Source: Octopus sinensis
Taxonomy: Eukaryota
Direction: 5' to 3'
Length of the DNA stretch: 6,973 nucleotides
NCBI RefSeq assembly: GCF_006345805.1
Contig: NW_021829153.1
Location: 1 to 6,973 of the forward strand
Part shown: positions 1 through 6,801 of the stretch, one piece after another
Layout of the letters: each line of letters starts with the position of its first letter
Numbering within the stretch: position 1 is the stretch's first letter
Translations under genes and position numbers: made by a program
The notes under the pieces: model-generated
What the model was told of the DNA's origin: nothing
The model's input: the letters and a program-made list of their open reading frames with translations, nothing else
Databases searched by the model: none

Positions 1-33
1 GGAGCAAAAATATAGATATCCAGTATTGGTGGT

Positions 34-51
34 GGGGGTGGGTAGGGCGGG
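34..51 (+). other. Canonical G-quadruplex-forming motif GGGG-T-GGGG-TA-GGG-C-GGG
   Basis: Four G-runs of at least 3 (34-37, 39-42, 45-47, 49-51) with 1-2 nt loops, read directly from the sequence. Folding in vivo is not shown. Confidence 0.5.
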
Positions 52-126
52 TGCACCGCGAAGATACGAATGTTGATTACATAAGAGGAGAAATGAAATG
101 AAATGAATAAGATTAGATAAGATGAC

Positions 127-260
127 GTATATGTATGTATATATATATATATGTATATAAATGTGTATCTATATATGTATATATATAGGTGTATATATAT
201 ATGTATATATATGTATATATATGTGTATTCTATGTGTATATATATATGTATATATGTATA

Positions 261-299
<39 letters not shown>

Positions 300-312
300 T
301 AATATATATATA
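127..312. repeat. TA/TATG-type compound microsatellite
   Basis: Near-continuous (TA)n interrupted by TG. It gives rise to the spurious YI-rich ORF 151..339. Confidence 0.95.
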
Positions 313-313
313 G

Positions 314-482
314 CAAAAGTGCTACACCCTAGCAGTTGAGGGAACCTGTGGAAGAGTAGACCCAGGAAAACCTGGGACGAGTGGTGAAAGCACGACTTCG
401 AACTTTAGGTCTCACCAAGGAAATGACTGAAGACCGAGTCCTATGGAAGTGTGCTGTGCATGAGAGGACCCGGCAGGACTAG
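314..482 (+). pseudogene. Frameshifted C-terminus of RTE retrotransposon ORF (post-RT domain)
   Basis: Manual translation across about four single-base frameshifts gives [13 protein letters not shown](G)RPRKTWDE(V)VKHD(L)[27 protein letters not shown], with TAG at 480-482. The GRPRKTW..DL..LGL...DR..W signature is typical of RTE-clade C-termini. Confidence 0.85.
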
Positions 483-2430
483 TCAGGCCATATCCCGTGC
501 CCCTACCTGGGACGTAGTCGATCCACCTGTGCATACCTTCCTTCTTGTGACACTTGTGAAGACTGCTGAGGCAAGTGAAAATCAATCAAATAGATGAACA
601 TCCATGGAATTTGTATCTTTGTGGTACCAGTGCCTGTGGCACACAAGAAAAACCTCCGAACGTGGCCGTAGCCAGTACACGCGTCGACTCGCCTCCGTGA
701 TGTGGGAACATGGTGGCACATAAAAACACCATCCGAAGACCCGGCAAGACTAGTCAGGTCATAACCCGTAGGCCCTACCTGGGACATAGTCAGTCCACCT
801 GTACATACCTTCCTTCTTGCGACACTTGTGAAGACCTGTTGAGGCAAGTGAAAATCAAAACAAATCAAAATAGATGAACATCAATGGAATTTGTATCGTT
901 TGTGGTACCAGTGCCGGTGGCACACAAGAGAAAACCATCCGAAAGTGGCCGTAGCCAGTACCGCATCGACTGGCCTCCGTGCTGTGGGCACATGACAAAC
1001 ACCATCCGATCGTGGCCGTTAGCCAGCCTCATCTAGCACCTGTGTCGGGGGGCAACATAAAACACCATCCGACGACCCGGCAAGACTAGTCAGGCCATAA
1101 CCCATGGCCCCTACCTGGACGTAGTCAGTCCACCTGTGCATACCTTCCTTCTTGTGACACTTGTGAAGACCTGTTGAGGCAAGTGAAAATCAAATCAAAA
1201 AATCAAAATAGAGAACATCAATGGAATCTGTATCTTTGGGGGTACCAGTGCCGTGGCACACATGAGAACCATCCGAACGTGGCCGTAGCCAGTTCCGCAT
1301 CGACCGGCCTCCGTGCTGTGGGCACGTAACAAACACCATCCGATCATGGCCGTTCGCCAGCCTCATCTGGCACCTGTGTCGGTGGCACATAAAACAACAC
1401 CTTCCGAAGACCCGGCAAGACTAGTCAGTCCACCTGTGCATACCTTCCTTCCTCTTGTGACACTTGTGAAGACCGGTTGAGGCAAGTGAAAATCAATCAA
1501 ATCAAATCAAAATAGACAAAATAGATGAACATCAATGGAATTTGTATCTTGTGGTACCAGTGCCTGTGGCACACAAGAAATCCATCAGTGCCGTAGTCAG
1601 TGCGGTGGGCACATGACAAACACCATCCGATCGTGGCCGTTCGCCAGCCTCATCTAGCACCTGTGTCGGTGGGGCACATAAAAACACCATCCGAAGACCC
1701 GGCAAGACTAGTCAGGCCATAACCCATGGCCCCTACCTGGGACGTAGTCAGTCCACCTGTGCATACCTTCCTTCTTGTGACACTTGTGAAGACCTGTTGA
1801 GGCAAGTGAAAATCAAATCAAATCAAAACAAATCAAAATAGATGAACATCAATTGGATTTGTATCTTTGTGGTACCAGTGCCGGTGGCACGTGGCACATA
1901 AGAAAACCATCCGAACGTGGCCGTAGCCAGTACGCATCGACTGGCCTCCGTGCTGTGGGCACGTAACAAGCACCATCCGATCGTGGCCGTTTGCCAGCCT
2001 CATCTGGCAACTGTGTCGGTGGCACATAAAAACACCAAAACACCAGCCTCATCTAGCACCTGTGTCGGGCACATAAAAACACCATCCGAAGACCCGGCAA
2101 GACTAGTCAGGCCATATCCCATGGCCCCTACCTGGGACGTAGTCAGTCCACCTGTGCATACTTCCTTCTTGTGACACTTGTGAAGACCTGTTGAGGCAAG
2201 TGAAAATAAATCAAATCAAAACAATCAAAAGAGATAACATCAATGGAATTTGTATCTTTGTGGTACCAGTGCCGGTGGCACGGGCACATAAGAAAACCAT
2301 CCGAGCGTGGCCGTAGCCAGTACCGCATCGACTGGCCTCCATGCTGTGGGCACGTAACAAGCACCATCCGATCGTGGCCGTTTGCCAGCCTCATCTGGCA
2401 CCTGTGTCGGTGGCACATAAAAACACAAAA
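467..2430 (+). repeat. Tandem array of six RTE ORF-end/3' UTR units (about 270-395 bp each)
   Basis: The anchor gacccggca(a/g)gactagtcag occurs at 467, 738, 1074, 1409, 1696 and 2091 (spacings 271, 336, 335, 287, 395). Each unit has cacctgtgcataccttcc, cacttgtgaagac..tgaggcaagtg, a variable (AAATC)-like microsatellite and ~63 bp submodules. Confidence 0.95.
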
Positions 2431-2683
2431 CACCATCCGAGCGTGGCCGTCTGCCAGCCTCGTCTGGCACCTGTGTCGGTGGCACATAAAAAACACCCAT
2501 CAGAGCGTGGCCGTCTGCCAGCCTCGTCTGGCACCTGTGTCGGTGGCACATAAAAAACACCATCCGAGCGTGGCCGTCTGCCAGCCTCGTCTGGCACCTG
2601 TGTCGGTGGCACATAAAAAACACCATCCGAGCGTGGCCGTTTGTCAGCCTCGTCTGGCACCTGTGTCGGTGGCACATAAAATC
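2362..2683 (+). repeat. Five tandem copies of a ~63 bp module (caccatccgagcgtggccgtctgccagcctcgtctggcacctgtgtcggtggcacataaaaaa)
   Basis: Copies start at 2362, 2431, 2494, 2558 and 2621. Spacing is 63-64 bp for the last four, with very high identity. Confidence 0.95.
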
Positions 2684-2794
2684 ACCCACTACACTCTCGG
2701 AGTGGTTGGCGTTAGGAAGGCATCCAGCTGTAGAAACACTGCTAGATCTGACTGGACTGGTGCAGCTTTCGGGCTCCCCAGACCCCAGTTGAAC

Positions 2795-2853
2795 CGTCCA
2801 ACCCATGCTAGCATGGAAAGCGGACGTTAAATGATGATGATGATGATGATGAT
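2795..2853 (+). other. LINE 3'-terminal stem-loop plus (GAT)n tail
   Basis: cgtcc (2795-2799) pairs with ggacg (2822-2826) and encloses the perfect 14 bp palindrome ccatgctagcatgg (2803-2816), followed by GAT repeats. The same architecture is at 6301-6350. A 3' stem-loop plus short-repeat tail is an established feature of RTE-type LINE ends. Confidence 0.75.
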
Positions 2854-2986
2854 AATTATATATATATATTGTGTATAATGATGTATATATATATATTATA
2901 TATGTGTATATGTATATATATATATATATATATGTGTATATGTATATATATTATATATATGTGTGTATATGTATATATATACACAT
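2854..2986. repeat. TA/TATG-type microsatellite
   Basis: (TA)n with TG interruptions between the RTE tail and the CR1-like LINE. Confidence 0.95.
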
Positions 2987-4387
2987 ATATGCCCCATTCA
3001 TAAAGGAGGTAGCAGAGCGGAAGCCAAGAACTATAGACCTATCTCTCTGACCTCACACATCAGCAAGGTCATGGAACGAATAGTCAGAAGGAAGCTGATC
3101 ACCTTCCTTGAAGAGAATGACTTGCTGCCCAACACCCAACATGGTTTCCGACCAGGGAGAAGCTGTTTAACTCAGCTCCTACAACACTATGACTGGGTGC
3201 TGAAATGGCTGCTCAACCACTCAAATGTGGAAGTGATATATCTCGACTTTGCAAAGGCTTTGATAAAGTCGATCATGGAATGATAGTCACAAACTGCATG
3301 ATCTCAACATAGTTGGAAAACTGGGAGAATGGCTTCATGACTTTCTGAGGATAGAAGTCAGGTGTAGTAGCCAATGGGGCCACCTCCATTAACACACAAA
3401 TAGTGAGCGGTGTTCCGCAGGGCACTGTTCTCGGACCACTACTGTTCATAATGGCCCTCTCAGACAGCCCTCAGCCACGCAGAGAGCCACGATCACAAGT
3501 TATGCAGATGATACAAAAGTTTCACAGGCAATACAGAACCCTGAGGACACTAAACACCTGCAATGTGAGCTGGACAAAATATACAAGTGGGCTGAAAAGA
3601 ATAGCATGCAGTTCAATGCTGGAAAGTTTCAAGCTTTATACTATCAGCATGCAAAACTGAATGCAATACCCAATGAATACACTGGACCCGGAGGGATTGC
3701 AATCCCAGGCACAATCAGTGCGTGACCTGGGTATTCACATGAGTGATGACGCGACCTTTCATGTACATGTTGCTAACTGACAATGAAATGTAGACGGCTG
3801 GCTGGATGGATTCTTAGAACCTTTAGAACAAGAGAACAAGAAACCATGATGGTCCTCTGGAAGACACTTGTCCTAAGCCACTTTGACTATTGCTCTCAGC
3901 TATGGTCACCATCCAGTGTCAAGTTGATCACAGAACTTGAGGTGATCCAACGAAGCTACACAAAGAAGATAGCCTCTATGCAGAATGTAAGCTACTGGGA
4001 AAGACTCAAGAGATTAAAATTATATTCCCTGGAGCGTAGGCGGGAAAGATATGCCATAATATACATCTGGAAGATCCTGGAGGGAAGTGTCCTGAACTTT
4101 GGCATCGAGAGTTACGCAAATGCCAGAACTGGGCGCCACTGCGTCGTGCCTAGGACTCCAAACCTGCCATCAGATGTAGGACAAGATTCTGTGATAGCCT
4201 GGGCTTCCGAGGCCCACAAGCTCTTCAATATCCTCCCGAAGAACCTGAGAGACCTGCATGGGGTGGATACAGATGTCTTTAAAATGAAGCTGGATCTCTT
4301 CCTGTCAGGTGTCCAGATGAACCAACTTCACGGCAGGAGGGGCAGATGAGGGCAGCTGCATCGAACTCTCTCATGCACCAAAAATAG
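2987..4387 (+). pseudogene. Non-LTR reverse transcriptase and C-terminal domain, about ten frameshifts
   Basis: Motifs in order: PIHKGGSRAEAKNYRPISLTS, QHGFRPGRSCLTQLL, VIYLDFAKA(F)DKVDHG, SGVPQGTVLGPLLF, catalytic YADD (TAT GCA GAT GAT, 3501-3512), MQFNAGKF, VRDLGI, FDYCSQLWSP, SYWERLKRLKLYSLERRRERY, KLFNILP. It joins track ORFs 2963..3283, 3403..3660 (part) and 3783..4349. The stop position is approximate. Confidence 0.93.
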
Positions 4388-4498
4388 CAGTTGCTAGAAA
4401 GCCTCCATGAAGTGAAACCAAGTAGCAACACCAAATGGCGGTGCCCCAGCATGGCCACAGCTCATAAGCTGAAACTGGAATCAATCAATCAATCAATC
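2987..4498 (+). mobile_element. 5'-truncated CR1/L2-group LINE (3' ~1.5 kb)
   Basis: RT coding remnant, a short 3' UTR with hairpin cagct-cata-agctg (4458-4471), and an (AATC)5 tail at 4479-4498. Exact clade assignment needs an RT phylogeny. Confidence 0.85.
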
Positions 4499-4680
4499 AT
4501 ATATATATATGTGTATATGTATATATATATATATATGTGTATATGTATATATATATATATGTGTGTATATGTATACGTGTATATATATATGTATATGTGT
4601 ATGTATATGTATACGTGTATATATATATATATATATGTATATGTGTATATATATGTATATATGTATATATATATGTATAT
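4499..4680. repeat. TA/TATG-type microsatellite
   Basis: (TA)n/(TATG)n; source of several spurious YI/YT-rich ORFs. Confidence 0.95.
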
Positions 4681-4735
4681 ACGTTTAAATATTTGTTGTG
4701 CAAGATTTTTTATGTGAAGTCGTGTGTTGAAACAG

Positions 4736-4885
4736 ATATTGTTATATTTCGGAATGGTCATATTGCCAGTTTAGCCAATAAAAACACACGCACTATATAT
4801 TTGGTGTTATTTTGCTTCAGTGATATTTATTTTTTACATTAATCTTAATCTTATTTCGGCCAAAGTTCTTTCGTCACACTCCTGT
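4736..4885 (-). repeat. Left arm of 150 bp inverted repeat (reverse complement of 5591-5740)
   Basis: Manual comparison gives 149/150 identity; the single mismatch is 4823 versus 5653. Confidence 0.97.
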
Positions 4886-4887
4886 AC

Positions 4888-5064
4888 CAACACGCCGAAC
4901 AAGAACACGGGGGATCAATCAATAACATAGAGATTAAGATATTGTCCACACATAGAACAGATGCAACAATTAGACAAATTACAGAAGCTACACATATAAT
5001 AGAAAATAAACCTAGCCTGAATAGAAAACTAGAATGGAGCAATAGCGCACACCACAACATATGA
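4888..5064 (+). pseudogene. C-terminal fragment of Penelope-type GIY-YIG endonuclease (no start codon, absent from ORF track)
   Basis: Uninterrupted frame: QHAEQEHGGSINNIEIKILSTHRTDATIRQITEATHIIENKPSLNRKLEWSNSAHHNI* (TGA 5062-5064). HxxxxH, I.IL, R...EA..I and PSLNR match the PLE GIY-YIG C-terminal signature. Confidence 0.82.
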
Positions 5065-5121
5065 CAATAGTGGATCCTGCAAACATAATAAATACACAGG
5101 TAATTAAAGAAATAGAAATGA

Positions 5122-5285
5122 ATATTATATATATGTATATGTGTATATATATGTATATGTATATGTGTATATATGTGGTGTATATATGTATATATATATA
5201 TATGTATATGTATATGTATGTATATATATATATGTATATGTATATTCTTTTTTTTTTTTTTCGATTAGATTTATTATTATTATTA
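5122..5285. repeat. Microsatellite inside the PLE 3' region: TA/TATG, T14 (5248-5261), (TTA)n
   Basis: Directly visible simple repeats. Confidence 0.9.
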
Positions 5286-5573
5286 CTAATATTGTTGTTA
5301 TACATACATACAAGCATATGTAATGATAATAATGGGTGGATGTAACACATGAACAAAATTAGAACAAAAGCAACACAACAAAAACAAAATACAAATTACA
5401 AGAATGTATATAACCAGAAGATACAAATATTACAGGCATCCCCCCCACACACACACTAAATAAACATAGACGCACATAGAGATATAAGCATGCGCAAATG
5501 AAGACATACAATAGAAATACAAAATGGCTGACGGTTAGTAAGGAGAGACACAAGTAAGTGAGAAGAAAACAAA

Positions 5574-5618
5574 GGACCACTGATGCAGTCACAGGAGTGT
5601 GACGAAAGAACTTTGGCC
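5574..5618 (+). ncRNA. Putative minimal type I hammerhead ribozyme, variant core
   Basis: GGACCA-CUGAUG(C)A-GUCACA-GGAG-UGUGAC-GAAA-GAACUU-UGGCC. Core CUGAUG at 5580-5585, perfect 6 bp stem II, GAAA at 5604-5607, rudimentary stem III, and stem I with one bulge. The extra or substituted C at 5586 and the CUU triplet deviate from consensus, so activity is uncertain. Confidence 0.6.
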
Positions 5619-5740
5619 GAAATAAGATTAAGATTAATGTAAAAAATAAATAACACTGAAGCAAAATAACACCAAATATATAGTGCGTGTGTTTTTATTG
5701 GCTAAACTGGCAATATGACCATTCCGAAATATAACAATAT
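5591..5740 (+). repeat. Right arm of 150 bp inverted repeat (PLE pseudo-LTR part)
   Basis: Reverse complement of 4736-4885; abuts microsatellite at 5741. Confidence 0.97.
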
Positions 5741-5810
5741 ATGTATATATATATGTATATATATATGTATGTATATGTATATGTATGTATGTATGTATAT
5801 GTATATGTAT
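5741..5810. repeat. TA/TATG-type microsatellite
   Basis: Simple repeat between the PLE and the second RTE fragment. Confidence 0.95.
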
Positions 5811-6350
5811 CGAAGTCAAAATCGAATTGAACCAGCCAGGATCCCTGGTCTGGTGGTACGTAAAAAGCACTATCCGACTCGTGGCCGATGCCAGCACCCC
5901 CTCGACTGGCTTCCGTGCCGGTGGCACGTAAAATACACCAATCTGACCGTACGACAGGCACCCATGCCAACCCCCTTGCTTGCGAAGACATGTTGGGGCA
6001 AGCGAAATCGAATTGAACCAGCCAGGTTCCCTGGTCTGGTGGTACGTAAAAAGCACTATCCGACTCGTAGCCGATGCCAGCACCGCCTCGACTGGCTTCC
6101 GTGCCGGTGGCACGTAAAATACACCGATCTGACCGTGGCCGTTGCCAGCCTCGCCTGGCACCTGTGCAGGTGGTACGTAAAAAGCACCCACTACACTCAC
6201 GGAGTGGTTGGCGTTAGGAAGGGCATCCAGCTGTAGAAACCCTGCCAGATAAGACTGGAGCCTGGTGCAGCCTTCTGGCTTCCCAGATCCCCGGTCGAAC
6301 CGTCCAACCAATGCTAGCATGGAGAACGGACGTTAAACGATGATGATGAT
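5811..6350 (+). mobile_element. 3' UTR fragment of a second RTE subfamily (or derived SINE) with internal duplication
   Basis: Homologous to the 313-2853 element in its submodules, the terminal ggcgttaggaagggcatccagctgtagaaac segment, the stem-loop at 6301-6332 and the (GAT)4 tail at 6339-6350, but clearly diverged. No coding sequence is retained. Confidence 0.85.
5819..6136 (+). repeat. Direct repeat of a ~132 bp block (5819-5950 and 6005-6136), period 186 bp
   Basis: aaatcgaattgaaccagccagg...ctgaccgt occurs twice with only a few substitutions. Confidence 0.95.
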
Positions 6351-6706
6351 GTATATATATATATATATGTATATGTATGTATATATATATATATGTATGT
6401 ATATATGTGTGTATATATAAGGTTATGTATGTATATGTGTATATATATATATATGTATTTGTATGTATATGTGTATATATATGTATGTATGTATGTATGT
6501 ATATGTGTATATATATATATATGTATATATGTATATGTATATATATATATATGTATGTATGTATATATGAATATGTATATATGTATATATGTATATATAT
6601 AATATATATATATATATATATGTATATATGTGTATATATATGTATATATATATATATGTATATATATGTATATTATATATTATATGTATATATGTGTATA
6701 TATATG

Positions 6707-6737
<31 letters not shown>

Positions 6738-6801
6738 GTATATATGTATATATATATATATGTATATATATGTATATATATATATATGTATATATGTGTA
6801 T
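6351..6801. repeat. Long TA/TATG-type microsatellite (~450 bp)
   Basis: Simple repeat; source of spurious ORFs 6377-6881. Confidence 0.95.

Larger units (their letters stand above)
313..2853 (+). mobile_element. 5'-truncated RTE-clade non-LTR retrotransposon with an internally amplified 3' UTR
   Basis: Begins abruptly in an RTE-like ORF C-terminus, continues through tandemly repeated UTR blocks, then the terminal segment ...ggttggcgttaggaagggcatccagctgtagaaac...ccatgctagcatgg...ggacgttaa and a (GAT)n tail at 2831-2853. The same terminal segment recurs at about 6185-6350. Confidence 0.85.
4681..5740 (+). mobile_element. Penelope-like element (PLE) 3' fragment with inverted partial pseudo-LTR
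   Basis: Layout: inverted terminal copy (4681-4885), GIY-YIG C-terminal coding remnant (4888-5064), A-rich 3' region, and a terminal repeat with a hammerhead-like motif (about 5574-5740). GIY-YIG endonuclease, inverted pseudo-LTRs and hammerhead motifs are established PLE hallmarks. Confidence 0.82.

Noticed and set aside
1165-1190. Hammerhead-like look of gaagacctgttgaggcaagtgaaa in each array unit (CUGUUGA...GAAA)
   Set aside because: A6 is replaced by U, there is no proper stem II, I or III, and the homologous site in element 2 (catgttgggg) loses the motif. It is better explained as the loop of the covarying hairpin.
2445-2490. Resemblance of ccagcctcgtctggcacc to the HDV ribozyme P3/L3 region
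   Set aside because: I find no upstream strand to form P1, no P1.1 GG, no P4 and no C-G-A-A junction, so the nested double pseudoknot cannot be built.
2362-2683. CRISPR-like array of regularly spaced repeats
   Set aside because: The units are head-to-tail with no unique spacers, there are no cas genes, and the context is eukaryotic.
503-2830. ORFs on both strands over the tandem array (e.g. 2240..2806 -, 2243..2830 +)
   Set aside because: They lie in the LINE 3' UTR downstream of the real stop (480-482). Openness comes from GC-rich repeats with a 63 bp period, and frames are not preserved between units.
5061-5345. Track ORF MTIVDPANIINTQVIKEIEMN... as continuation of the GIY-YIG protein
   Set aside because: It is in a different frame. 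The GIY-YIG frame stops at TGA 5062-5064, and this ORF runs into microsatellite.
5615-5640. Second GGCC-GAAA motif as another hammerhead half
   Set aside because: There is no matching CUGANGA plus stem II 5' strand and no stem III/NUH downstream.
4736-5740. MITE or DNA transposon with 150 bp terminal inverted repeats
   Set aside because: The interior encodes a PLE-type GIY-YIG C-terminus, the arms include part of a hammerhead motif, the left arm appears to extend asymmetrically, and no TSD can be defined. A Penelope-like structure fits better.
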